A stretch of 64,000 nucleotides of DNA from an uncultured Candidatus Saccharibacteria bacterium (GCA_964469295.1 CAYXYJ010000002.1:15641-79640), one strand, 5' to 3'; shown: positions 1-9,478, numbered from the stretch's first letter. Notes: generated by a model from the sequence alone, not told the origin. Made by a program: numbers and translations.

Positions 1-277
1 ACGCTAAATAACCGGTTACTGAAAGAATAAAAGACCAGAGTGTCAATCCGAACAAACTATATAACACCACCATATACATCGGAGTTCGATCAATATAACG
101 AGCAACTACTGATGGCAATATCATATAAATATAATTTAATAATATGTAAATGGTACTGATTAACATCCATATTAAATGGGGTAACGTATCTTCGATTATA
201 CACAGACAAATTTGCCGAACAATACCCCTTACGGGTATACTCTCTTTTGTTATCTGTATAATTTTGAATATTTCCTT

Positions 278-748
278 ATGCCAATTATTGCTATTATCAT
301 TGCCGTTGTTGCTGTCGTCGGATTGGGTAGCTATTTCTTGCATCAAGAAGACGTAACAACGACCACACCAACCACGACCGTAGTTGATACTGAAACACCA
401 GTCGCAACCGAACCAGGTACTGCGGTTTCAACCAGCGACATTGTCACATACGCTGACGGAGTACACACGGCATCTGCTAATTATGTCGCGCCAAATGGCG
501 CTAATCATACAGTGAACGTATCGTTAACATTGGCGAATGATATTGTCACCGAAGCTACGGTTACCTATACTGGTGACGACGTACCAGCATCCAAGCAAAA
601 TCAAGCGAAATTTTCGGCCGCGTATCCAACGCTCGTCGTCGGACAACCACTTGATAACATTAAATTATCCCGCGTTGGTGGCGCTTCGTTAACTACCGGA
701 GCCTTTAATGAAGCACTGGCTGAAATTAAAACTGAAGCAACCTTGTAG
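278..748 (+). CDS. Membrane-anchored FMN-binding-domain-like protein (candidate ApbE flavinylation substrate)
   Basis: ORF 212-748; likely start is ATG 278 (MPIIAIIIAVVAVVGLG, one TM helix). Thr-rich linker, then a ~100-aa domain resembling FMN_bind (YADGVHTASANY...VNVSLTL...; C-terminal LSRVGGASLTTGAF resembles the SGATxTS flavinylation segment). Lies directly upstream of an ApbE-like gene. Confidence 0.45.
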   Translation: MPIIAIIIAVVAVVGLGSYFLHQEDVTTTTPTTTVVDTETPVATEPGTAVSTSDIVTYADGVHTASANYVAPNGANHTVNVSLTLANDIVTEATVTYTGDDVPASKQNQAKFSAAYPTLVVGQPLDNIKLSRVGGASLTTGAFNEALAEIKTEATL

Positions 749-763
749 TCTCCGTTAGGTAAA

Positions 764-796
764 AGCCGGCAAAGCTTCGCTTTGCCGGCTTTTACC
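764..796 (+). terminator. Rho-independent terminator
   Basis: gccggcaaag / ctttgccggc stem followed by ttttacc. Confidence 0.6.
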
Positions 797-827
797 TGCC
801 GAAATAACTCCTCATCAATATGACTTT

Positions 828-1745
828 GTGATGATAAAACGATTTGATGAAACCATGACAGTGGATGATACCAAAACAATTTCAATGGCGGCTCTTGGCA
901 CACACTGGTGGATTGAAATTTTTAATGACGTAGATACAAACAGTTACCATTCCATCACTACTGCTTGTACCGATCAACTAGCCTCAATCGAAAAACGCTT
1001 CTCGCGGTTTTTGCCTGACTCTTTGGTCTCACGCTTAAATCGAGACGGTCACGTAGCCACGACTGATACCGATTTTCGGTATCTCATTCACTGCGCGCAA
1101 CAATGGTATCAATCTACCGCCGGTCAATTTAATATTCTGATCGGCGATGCCCTGATTGCTCGTGGGTACGATGCAGCCTATTCATTTACTAACCAAGAAC
1201 GAACGATATCCATTGGCAATCCGGTGACTGATATAGTGATTTCTGATACGAGTATTTCACTCAAAGCCGGGTCAATGGATCTCGGTGGCATTGGCAAAGG
1301 TTGGGCCATTGATACATTGGCGACTACCTTGCGCGAACTTGGCTATGATGAATTTTTGATTAATGGTGGCGGTGATATGTATGGTACAAGCGACCAGGGG
1401 CAACCAATCACTATTTATTTAGAACACCCAACCATTCCCCATACGTATTTAGGGACGACGAATATTTTTAATCAAGGCTTTGCCGCTTCGAGTCCACATA
1501 AACGACGCTGGAAGACCACCACCGGCGTCGCTACTCACATTGTCAGTACTCACGCGATAAGAGACGCCAGTTTTGTGATTGCTCCAACCGCTATGACCGC
1601 CGATATACTGGCCACCTGTTCGCTGATGCTAGGAGACGACGTTATGGATCATCTTTCCACGCAGTACCAAGCTCATACCGCCACGTACAGTATTGCTGAT
1701 GCAATTTTTATGAAAAGCCCTCATTTTGTTCATTATAATCTGTAA
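828..1745 (+). CDS. apbE: ApbE-family FAD:protein FMN transferase
   Basis: MDLGGIGKGWAIDTLA and LINGGGDMYG resemble ApbE core motifs (GGIAKGYAVD / NAGGDI); size ~305 aa. Confidence 0.55.
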   Translation: MMIKRFDETMTVDDTKTISMAALGTHWWIEIFNDVDTNSYHSITTACTDQLASIEKRFSRFLPDSLVSRLNRDGHVATTDTDFRYLIHCAQQWYQSTAGQFNILIGDALIARGYDAAYSFTNQERTISIGNPVTDIVISDTSISLKAGSMDLGGIGKGWAIDTLATTLRELGYDEFLINGGGDMYGTSDQGQPITIYLEHPTIPHTYLGTTNIFNQGFAASSPHKRRWKTTTGVATHIVSTHAIRDASFVIAPTAMTADILATCSLMLGDDVMDHLSTQYQAHTATYSIADAIFMKSPHFVHYNL

Positions 1746-1875
1746 ATACAGGCTTACACTGGAAAGCTTCTTTCTTTTGTAAGAAATGAATAAGTTATCC
1801 GTCTACTGCACTGGAGGAGGCATCAAACCCTTCAAAACGGAGTTCTTGAAATTGAAAACCCTAACTCAGATAGTG

Positions 1876-2268
1876 ATGCGTTCACTAGTCGTCCTGTTGG
1901 CCCAATTGGCCAGCACGACGCCTGCCATAGCGGATGAATCACTGTCACAGGGGACCCAAGCAACGTATGTTGCTGGTCTTATCCGGGAGCATTTTCCGGA
2001 CAACTATCAAACGATGCTTGCGATTGCCAGGTGTGAATCAACTGGCCTCATTCATCGTGATACCGACGGGACTTTGCTGCGGAATCAATCAGGTTCGTCG
2101 GCCCAGGGTGTGTTCCAAGTCCTTATGAGCGTACATCGCTCTGAAATGACCCGTCTCGGACTTGATCCTGACAACGACGAAGACTACATGACCTACGTTC
2201 GATATCTCTACGACCACCAAGGGTTGAGCCCTTGGGCAGAAAGTCGTCACTGTTGGGGACGGGCGTAA
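1876..2268 (+). CDS. Small secreted lytic-transglycosylase-like (SLT domain) protein
   Basis: ORF 1786-2268; likely start ATG 1876 giving signal peptide MRSLVVLLAQLASTTPAIA. CESTG...SSAQGVFQV resembles the SLT catalytic E-S...GLMQ segment. Confidence 0.4.
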   Translation: MRSLVVLLAQLASTTPAIADESLSQGTQATYVAGLIREHFPDNYQTMLAIARCESTGLIHRDTDGTLLRNQSGSSAQGVFQVLMSVHRSEMTRLGLDPDNDEDYMTYVRYLYDHQGLSPWAESRHCWGRA

Positions 2269-2312
2269 CAGCATGTGGCACACCCTAACGCCGGGTACGG
2301 GAGATATCCCGG

Positions 2313-2346
2313 GCCGAATTTCCTTTGTGGTAGTTCGGCTTTTTTC
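2313..2346 (+). terminator. Rho-independent terminator
   Basis: gccgaa...ttcggc stem then tttttt. Confidence 0.55.
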
Positions 2347-2378
2347 ATGCCACATATTTTGCTACACTGACACTTAAT

Positions 2379-2693
2379 ATGGAATCATCATTTAGCCACC
2401 GGGTCTGGGAATTGGCCACGAGCATTCCTCTGGGCCGCGTCACTACCTACGGGACCATTGCGAAAATGGCTGGTGGCGGATCAATGGCATCACGGAGCAT
2501 TTCCAGTATTTTAAGCAAAGCGCCCAACCAACGAGCCATCCCCTGGCACCGAATTGTTTATGCTGGCGGCAAAATCTGGCTTGATGCCGAACACGAAGCC
2601 ACGCGGCGTACGCTGTATAAAAAAGAGGGTATCGAAGTAGACCAAAAAGGCAAGATCAAAAACTTCGACGACGTCTTCTACGACTTTAATTAA
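2379..2693 (+). CDS. Alkyltransferase-like protein (ATL; Ogt/MGMT DNA-binding domain with Trp replacing the active-site Cys)
   Basis: VTTYGTIAKMAG...IPWHRIVYAGG matches the MGMT C-terminal fold with PWHR instead of PCHR, the hallmark of ATL proteins (E. coli YbaZ, S. pombe Atl1). Confidence 0.6.
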   Translation: MESSFSHRVWELATSIPLGRVTTYGTIAKMAGGGSMASRSISSILSKAPNQRAIPWHRIVYAGGKIWLDAEHEATRRTLYKKEGIEVDQKGKIKNFDDVFYDFN

Positions 2694-2745
2694 CTATTTA
2701 AAAATAGTTTTTTCGACCAAAGTACAGACACAGCTTTTATCCATA

Positions 2746-3879
2746 TCAAAGCAATATGAATTCTGATGTTGCGAGTATTGTTCCATTTATCTGGATATCT
2801 ACCTGATGTACACCTGGATACAAGGTAAATGTCGTCGCACCGGCTTTCAAACGATGTTGTTTGGTTAACGTGATGATTTCACCGTTTTGCAACTGGCAAG
2901 TCTTCCATTTAAATACTTTTGGTGCGGTTGTACCGTTTTTTTTCATAAAATGAATGACATAATCAATCAATATGACAGTATCCTCTTCAGCCAAAATCTT
3001 TGTCGTGAGCGTTATCACTGACCCAACGTTCAGGCTACGAGGAGAAGCTGAAAAATGTGTGACTTGAATTTTTGCTGGTTGATATCCTAGCAAAGCCAAA
3101 GCGTCTTTGTGGCCTTGTTTTACGAGCATTCGGAGAGCATGGTTAGTCATCCATTGCAGTTCACTATTAGTTTGTTGACCGAGAAATTTCCATTCCCGCA
3201 ATACTGCCACGACAAGCAACGGATCAGTTTTCCCGATATCATTTAAATGATTAGCAACAGATCGAGTGACATACCGAGCTGTATCGCTATGAAGCAACGT
3301 GAGGAGCGGTAAGGTATCGGTGGCCGAAAGTGGCACGCGTCCGCTCCAGGGTAGTAACGGTCGTGTTCCTTCACTAACCAGTCGGCGCACGTGATAGTGT
3401 GGATGTGTCGCCCACATTCGACATTCGGCCAGAGTTTCCTCGGGATATGCCCGAAGAAAGGTTCGGATTGCATCTTCCATAGAAAATCGCATCGTTATCG
3501 CTTCAAGAGCTTGTAACGACACTTTTAGATATTTTTCTTCGCACCCATACCGAGCAATAAACTCACCATACGGCGCAAAAATAAAATCACCAAAATCATC
3601 GTCGGTACGGGTAGGATTGAGTGGCGGTGGCAATGATGAGATCATCATTGCCACCGCCGCTGTATATTCACTCGGCAATACTGTTCGTAGAACAGTCGCG
3701 ATATGACGAATTCGGTCTTTTAATTCTAATCGAGGTAATTCCCTCATAACGTTAACCACAAATTCAGTCGCGGAAAAATCAACCTGAACAGATACCAATC
3801 TTTCGGCGAGATATTGAACTTTCTGTTCATTAAATAAATGATCTTTGAGCGAAAAGCGTTCCTCCATAGTAACCACCAT
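2746..3879 (-). CDS. DNA alkylation repair protein, AlkC/AlkD-like HEAT-like-repeat glycosylase with C-terminal beta-rich (Ig-like) region
   Basis: 377 aa; alpha-helical repeat body with W/R-rich motifs (WATHPHYHVRRLV, LREWKFLG) and a C-terminal ~90-aa beta-strand-rich tail, as described for AlkC homologues. Divergent neighbour of ATL. Family assignment is tentative. Confidence 0.4.
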   Translation of the reverse strand: MVVTMEERFSLKDHLFNEQKVQYLAERLVSVQVDFSATEFVVNVMRELPRLELKDRIRHIATVLRTVLPSEYTAAVAMMISSLPPPLNPTRTDDDFGDFIFAPYGEFIARYGCEEKYLKVSLQALEAITMRFSMEDAIRTFLRAYPEETLAECRMWATHPHYHVRRLVSEGTRPLLPWSGRVPLSATDTLPLLTLLHSDTARYVTRSVANHLNDIGKTDPLLVVAVLREWKFLGQQTNSELQWMTNHALRMLVKQGHKDALALLGYQPAKIQVTHFSASPRSLNVGSVITLTTKILAEEDTVILIDYVIHFMKKNGTTAPKVFKWKTCQLQNGEIITLTKQHRLKAGATTFTLYPGVHQVDIQINGTILATSEFILL

Positions 3880-4111
3880 ACCACATGAAGTACAGCGTCA
3901 AAATATCGCGGAATAACCCACATTGACTCATATATGTTTCCATGCTATTATATTGTTACCTTAAGATTCTCGTGTAGTGCTCTTCGGGTGACAGGCGAAT
4001 GGTAGCGATTGGCAATATGATAATCCCTACCACATCAATTGGTTTTATATAACTGCACACCCTGAGCCACAGTACTATTTGGTGCTCCGTCGCTCTCATA
4101 ACTATATACAA

Positions 4112-5566
4112 ATGGATTCATCAACTTCGCGACCACATCGGTCACGTCCCTTTACTCATTCACGCAATCGTTCTACCTCTCACCGAACCGATCGTAGTAA
4201 TCATCGCTCATCTCGTTCCAGTGGCGTTTTAGTTAGTGGTGCCGACACTGACGACCTTGTTCCAGCACGCAGTAGCGGCCGAACGTATATTATGCGTAAC
4301 GAACGTCCGGGTGTGACCAGTACCTATCGTTCTACTACCAACCGCTCATCAAACGACCGCTCTTCATATCGTGATCGCACCGGTCGAAGCAGTTCATTTA
4401 GTAGTAATCGGGAACGCGGTGGTCATTTTAGTAGCCGCGGCCGTGGTCGGGTAATGCAAACCTTTGACGTATCACAATACATCAACCGTAACCCTGTCGT
4501 CGCCGATACTGAACCAGCCTATGTCCCACAACACACTTTCCATGAATTTGGACTGAACAAGTTTTTAGTGCAAGCGATTGACGATCTGGGCATCACTACC
4601 CCATCACCGATCCAGGATCAAATCATTCCTCATATTTTGGCGGGTAAAGATGTAGTGGGTTTGGCCGCCACCGGAACAGGTAAAACAGCCGCGTTTCTTG
4701 TACCAATCATTCACAAAACCTTAACCGAACGGAACCGCACCACCCTTATCTTGGCGCCAACGCGCGAATTAGCGATTCAGGTCCAGGATGAACTTAAAAA
4801 GCTCACTCCAAAAATGGGAATTTATTCGACGGTATGTGTTGGTGGCACTCATATTCGTCCACAGATTCTCGGTCTAAAAAAGCGTAATCATTTTATCATT
4901 GGCACCCCCGGACGCGTCCAAGATCTCATTGATCGTGGTCATATAAAACCCGGAATATTTAGCACCGTGATATTGGACGAAGCCGACCGAATGCTTGATA
5001 TGGGATTTATTCATGACATGCGTCAAATTTTGAAAGACGTCCCTACCGAACGCGAAACATTATTCTTTTCCGCCACCATGAGTAAAAGTGTTGAGGGCCT
5101 CATTCATGAATTTATGAATGACCCACTGACGGTATCAGTAAAAAAACGTGACGTTACCAGTAGCGTAACGCAAGATGTAGTATTTTACGAACCACACCAT
5201 AAATTTGATTTGTTAGTGACGTTACTTGGTAAACCAGCGCTCGAAAAAGTAATCATTTTTGGAGCAATGAAACACAGTGTCGAAAAACTAGCTCAGGAAC
5301 TGGTTCATGTGGGATTAAAGGCCGATGCCATTCACGGTAACAAAACACACGGGCAACGCCAGCGATCACTACAAAACTTTAAAGGCGGTCGCGTCAATAT
5401 TTTGGTTGCCACTGACGTCGCCGCTCGCGGTATCCACGTTGATAATGTAACTCACGTCATTAATTACGATCTGCCGAGCACTTTTGAAGATTACGTACAT
5501 CGTATTGGTCGGACTGGTCGAGCTGACAAAACCGGCACCGCTCTGACATTTGTCCCCAAACAATAA
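4112..5566 (+). CDS. DEAD-box ATP-dependent RNA helicase with Arg/Ser-rich N-terminal extension
   Basis: Motifs AxTGTGKT, LAPTRELAIQ, DEAD, SAT, HRIGRTGR. ORF track begins at TTG 4079; ATG 4112 is preferred. First ~140 aa is RS-rich low complexity. Confidence 0.9.
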   Translation: MDSSTSRPHRSRPFTHSRNRSTSHRTDRSNHRSSRSSGVLVSGADTDDLVPARSSGRTYIMRNERPGVTSTYRSTTNRSSNDRSSYRDRTGRSSSFSSNRERGGHFSSRGRGRVMQTFDVSQYINRNPVVADTEPAYVPQHTFHEFGLNKFLVQAIDDLGITTPSPIQDQIIPHILAGKDVVGLAATGTGKTAAFLVPIIHKTLTERNRTTLILAPTRELAIQVQDELKKLTPKMGIYSTVCVGGTHIRPQILGLKKRNHFIIGTPGRVQDLIDRGHIKPGIFSTVILDEADRMLDMGFIHDMRQILKDVPTERETLFFSATMSKSVEGLIHEFMNDPLTVSVKKRDVTSSVTQDVVFYEPHHKFDLLVTLLGKPALEKVIIFGAMKHSVEKLAQELVHVGLKADAIHGNKTHGQRQRSLQNFKGGRVNILVATDVAARGIHVDNVTHVINYDLPSTFEDYVHRIGRTGRADKTGTALTFVPKQ

Positions 5567-5577
5567 AAGTGAACCGT

Positions 5578-5610
5578 AAAATGGCGGGCCCTACGGGCCC
5601 GCCATTTTAC
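5578..5610. terminator. Bidirectional GC-clamp terminator
   Basis: aaaatggcgggccc tac gggcccgccatttt. Confidence 0.6.
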
Positions 5611-5627
5611 GGTATACTAATTCGTAT

Positions 5628-5708
5628 ATGAAATTAATTTTTATTGCCATTGCGTTGTTTGTAGCCTTAGCTATCGTCAATAAGTTTTTTGGCGGGACAC
5701 CGTTTTAA
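5628..5708 (+). CDS. Candidate 26-aa hydrophobic micropeptide
   Basis: ATG 5628 MKLIFIAIALFVALAIVNKFFGGTPF stop 5706-5708; sits just after a terminator; no SD seen; speculative. Confidence 0.2.
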   Translation: MKLIFIAIALFVALAIVNKFFGGTPF

Positions 5709-5901
5709 GTCACTTTATCCCTAGCAAACACAATCTCCGTTTTTTACCCGGCGACCGCGCGCCGATTGTATCTCGCAGAGCTTCATATCAGACACAGTAT
5801 CAAGCCAAAAAGAAAAACTGTACTTTTTTACTTAATTATGGTATAATGGCAGAAGATGAACCGGAGATACATCCGGCATCGTTGGTGTCGAGGAGGACAT
5901 C

Positions 5902-6255
5902 ATGAGGGACTTGTTACGAGCAGCTTGCTTTCTGACAGTTTTCGCCACCGCAGCGGCTGCCGACGACTGCTACTGTGGAACGGATGTGACGATGGTGTGG
6001 TTCACCTCCGGGAACCCCGCCGAGGTGGAGCTCATGGAGGAGTACCTTTGGGCCTACCAGTCCTGCAAACCAGGACCAGAGGGCGACATCATCGCCCTGG
6101 TAGAGCTCATCATCGATCCGGCCGACCCACGTCTTGCGACCTACGCGCTTGACGCGGACGGCAACCAGATGATTTTCGTCGGGAGCGAAAATCGGTGGGA
6201 GCGGTACGATCTGCTGACTACAAGCATCGCCGCGGAATGCGGATTCGTGTCGTGA
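5902..6255 (+). CDS. GC-rich small secreted Cys-containing protein (compositionally atypical gene A)
   Basis: GAGGAG 7 nt upstream of ATG; signal peptide MRDLLRAACFLTVFATAAAA; 4 Cys in the mature part. A 60-nt sample line counts ~63% GC versus ~48-50% in flanks. An AT-rich host-like TATAAT lies at ~5839. Confidence 0.5.
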   Translation: MRDLLRAACFLTVFATAAAADDCYCGTDVTMVWFTSGNPAEVELMEEYLWAYQSCKPGPEGDIIALVELIIDPADPRLATYALDADGNQMIFVGSENRWERYDLLTTSIAAECGFVS

Positions 6256-6263
6256 AAGATGAA

Positions 6264-6297
6264 GGGCCGGGACAAGTTCCGGCCCTTTTGCTTTTTA
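6264..6297 (+). terminator. Rho-independent terminator
   Basis: gggccgg gacaagtt ccggccc then ttttgcttttt. Confidence 0.6.
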
Positions 6298-6312
6298 TGC
6301 TACAGTATCGCT

Positions 6313-7140
6313 ATGCCTTTTCCGCCATACATTGTTTTGGAAAAAGCCGTCGGACAAACGCCGCTTGCTTGTGTTGAACTGTGGCGGGCGGCGCAGCCGC
6401 CCGCCTACCGCTCCATTCCCCTCGCCTATGCTGGACGACTTGACCCTTTAGCATCAGGCAAGCTACTCGTTTTAATCGGCGACACCTGTAAGGTACAAGA
6501 ACGGTATCATGCCCTCGACAAACGGTATGAATTTTCAATATTACTCGGAGTAAAATCTGATACCGGTGATGTGATGGGGCGACTAACGTTTGCTACTGTC
6601 GTTCCAACAGTCGCCAGCAACGACGTGAAAAGAATCGCTAAAAATTTTGTCGGTACTATTTCCCTGCCATTTCCAGTTTTTTCCGCCCGAACAGTGAAAG
6701 GAAAACCACTCCATACCTGGGCGATGGAAGGACGTTTAGCTGAAATAACGATACCCACCCAACAATCAACCGTGCACGACTTACGATTGACAGACATTAA
6801 ATATCTCACCCGTCAGCAAGTATATGACGCTGCACTGTCTAACGTTAACAGTATTCCTCCCGTCACAGAGCTGCGTAAAGCGCTCGGAAATGATTTTAGA
6901 CGTGATGATATCCGCAGTGACTGGCGAACATTTGTTGCCACTGGTTCACCAACCGATGTTTTTACAATAGTTCATATGGCTTGCATTGCCAGTAGCGGCA
7001 CATATATGCGCAGTCTCGCCGAAGCCATCGGTGCAACCCTGGGATTTCCAGCCCTCGCTTTTCATATTCATCGTACCCATATTGGCAATTACCAACCCCT
7101 CCCCTTTCATCAGGGATTATGGCGACGACGCTTTACCTAA
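6313..7140 (+). CDS. truB: tRNA pseudouridine(55) synthase TruB
   Basis: YAGRLDPLASGKLLVLIG and DKRYEF motifs. ORF 6259 extension rejected; start ATG 6313. Confidence 0.8.
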   Translation: MPFPPYIVLEKAVGQTPLACVELWRAAQPPAYRSIPLAYAGRLDPLASGKLLVLIGDTCKVQERYHALDKRYEFSILLGVKSDTGDVMGRLTFATVVPTVASNDVKRIAKNFVGTISLPFPVFSARTVKGKPLHTWAMEGRLAEITIPTQQSTVHDLRLTDIKYLTRQQVYDAALSNVNSIPPVTELRKALGNDFRRDDIRSDWRTFVATGSPTDVFTIVHMACIASSGTYMRSLAEAIGATLGFPALAFHIHRTHIGNYQPLPFHQGLWRRRFT

Positions 7141-9114
7141 TTATTTTTTGGTTGACAGTGCTGTTAGCTTTTTTATATATGCATCAACGGCCAACACGAA
7201 CTCAGCATGGCTCCAAATCAACGGTGAAGCTGATTTATGTTCACGAGTATGTGGATGCATTTGTTCAGCTAATAATCCTCCAGGTCCTGTGTGTGATGCC
7301 GTCCATTCCAGTAGTGGTAACGCTTTATCTAAATCGGCTTTTTTCGTTGCGCTTTCAATATAATAGCGCGCCACCCATAACGTCGTAATCACCCACGGAT
7401 TTGGTGACCCAGCATCTTGCATCGTGTAGTACGTATCACCAGCGTACCGCACAAAGCCACTACTTTTCGCATTTACCGCCAACTCTCGTTCCACAGTACG
7501 AAATGACTCTTGTACTCGTTCATCGGTAATCTCGAACACCCCAAATAGCATAATGCCGTAAATACTACTTACATCAAGAGTTTTATCGTATACGAGCCCA
7601 TCATCAGTGTGATGAACCAACTTTACAAACATTTTTAATTGCTTGTCATAGAGATGCTCACCAATCGCCTGTTGTAGCCGCTGAGTAATCGCTTCGTAGG
7701 TGCGAGCGTCATTTTCTTTTCCTAATAAAGTCGCAAATCGAGAGGCGGCTTTTAATCCACCATAGACTGAAGCAGCGGTATACGTGGCGGTACCATATTT
7801 TTCTTCCCACAAATCAAATGATGCCTGCGGCAAGCCGGTCGTAGGCTCAATATATTCAGCCAAAAATTGTGCTGCCGGTTCAATAAACGGGTTATATAAG
7901 GATTCAATGTATTCCAAATCATGACTTTTATCATAATGTTCCCATAGGACAAATAACACCGACGCGGTTTCATCTTCTTGAATGGGTAAAAACGCCTGAC
8001 CGTGTTGCAACCACGGATGCCATGAACTTCCCAATGAACCATCGGTAAGATACTTATGCATCAAATATCCAGCCGGTTCTTGGCACTTGGCGACAAAAGA
8101 AAAGAAACGTTCAGCCACATCAGTATAGCCAACAGTGTCAAACGCCAAGGCAATCATCGCTCCGTCTCTTGGCCACACATAACTATATGTATCACGACCA
8201 TGGTGCAACATGTCAGTATCTGAGGAGGCAATAATTCCACCGCGGTTATCGGTATGTACCCGAATTGTTGCCAGTGAGCGTCGATACAACGACGCTACTA
8301 CTGGTGGTACTAGTGATAAATCGCGGTTGTCTTTGGTAAGCCACGCCTTCCAATACGCATCAGTTGAATCAATGAGACGATTAACCGTTTCGACAAGCAC
8401 CAATTCATCTAATGCGTGTGCAGCCGGGATAGATGAAGCGGCTACAATCCAGTACGAAAACAGCTTGGTATCATCTGCGCCAAATTCGCGCGTGAATCCA
8501 ATAACAGAATCCACTGATCCATGTTCGATGGGATTTTTTTCTAAAATTCCGTCGTACGCGTCATGCCACGTTCCCTCTTTTCCTTCAATACCAAATAAAC
8601 CAATATTAAAATCAGTAAATTGTTCAGCTCCACATAATGCGTTTACGAGAAATGTATCGGATCCTTTGTAATGAATCACTGCCCCGACCCGAGGGTCATA
8701 TAAGGCGGTATCACCCCGTCTTGATTCAGCAATGCGAAATTGTTGTCCAAAAAATATTTTAATGGTGCGAGTTTCTTTTGATTTGTTGCAAACTAAAAAT
8801 TCTCGCAAAAATACATTCTGTTCGTTATGAACCGCGTCGCGGGTGGTAATCACAACTCCCAATTCTGTGTTCTCAGCTGTCATGTGCCCAATGACACTAT
8901 CAGTGTCATTGGAAAAATGTATATCCCAATGCCCATCATCTAACCACGACAATGTTCCGTCAATCCAGACACCGATTTTATGGACAAATGTCCCACTGGC
9001 GCCACTGACATGATTGGTTTGCCCAACATACGGGTAATAAAAATCTCGCACTTGGCCATATTGGTCAAGACCAACTAAAATATTACCATTTCCTAAAGTA
9101 ACCGCTCGAGCCAT
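7141..9114 (-). CDS. Glycoside hydrolase family 15 protein (glucoamylase/trehalase-like)
   Basis: 657 aa; N-terminal beta domain plus (alpha/alpha)6 region with WPRDGAMIALA and EPAGYLMHKY, typical of GH15. Confidence 0.7.
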   Translation of the reverse strand: MARAVTLGNGNILVGLDQYGQVRDFYYPYVGQTNHVSGASGTFVHKIGVWIDGTLSWLDDGHWDIHFSNDTDSVIGHMTAENTELGVVITTRDAVHNEQNVFLREFLVCNKSKETRTIKIFFGQQFRIAESRRGDTALYDPRVGAVIHYKGSDTFLVNALCGAEQFTDFNIGLFGIEGKEGTWHDAYDGILEKNPIEHGSVDSVIGFTREFGADDTKLFSYWIVAASSIPAAHALDELVLVETVNRLIDSTDAYWKAWLTKDNRDLSLVPPVVASLYRRSLATIRVHTDNRGGIIASSDTDMLHHGRDTYSYVWPRDGAMIALAFDTVGYTDVAERFFSFVAKCQEPAGYLMHKYLTDGSLGSSWHPWLQHGQAFLPIQEDETASVLFVLWEHYDKSHDLEYIESLYNPFIEPAAQFLAEYIEPTTGLPQASFDLWEEKYGTATYTAASVYGGLKAASRFATLLGKENDARTYEAITQRLQQAIGEHLYDKQLKMFVKLVHHTDDGLVYDKTLDVSSIYGIMLFGVFEITDERVQESFRTVERELAVNAKSSGFVRYAGDTYYTMQDAGSPNPWVITTLWVARYYIESATKKADLDKALPLLEWTASHTGPGGLLAEQMHPHTREHKSASPLIWSHAEFVLAVDAYIKKLTALSTKK

Positions 9115-9117
9115 AGA

Positions 9118-9468
9118 TTATGCTTGATACGACTGTAAATAACGACCAACAATCTTGCGGGCTTCTTTACTGGTGGTTGCCAATTTTAACTCTCGAGCAC
9201 ACGCTTTATCATTAAGTGCTCCGGCCACCCATTTAGCAAAGTCTTGGTATGACTTATCAGCGTGATATTGGTACACTCGTTGTGGCATAGTAGCCAATCC
9301 GTCAAACAAATCTTGTAGTGAATGAAACACCGCCCCGTCAACCGTCCAAAAGGCTTGGTCTGTGGATACGACGATCAGGGTTGGTTTGGTGACCGGTTTT
9401 TGCTTTGGTGACACAGTTTTACGGGCACTGTTCGTCCTCGTTCTTTTAGTCACAGTTTTTGTATTCAT
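9118..9468 (-). CDS. Hypothetical protein (Lys-rich N-terminus), embedded in alpha-glucan cluster
   Basis: 116-aa ORF between GH15 and GH57 on the same strand; no recognisable motif. Confidence 0.3.
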   Translation of the reverse strand: MNTKTVTKRTRTNSARKTVSPKQKPVTKPTLIVVSTDQAFWTVDGAVFHSLQDLFDGLATMPQRVYQYHADKSYQDFAKWVAGALNDKACARELKLATTSKEARKIVGRYLQSYQA

Positions 9469-9478
9469 ACCACTACAA

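Noticed and set aside
5856-6152. Alternative-frame 98-aa ORF overlapping GC-rich gene A
   Set aside because: Arg/His-rich nonsense typical of an off-frame GC-rich read. Frame 5902-6255 has SD, signal peptide and terminator.
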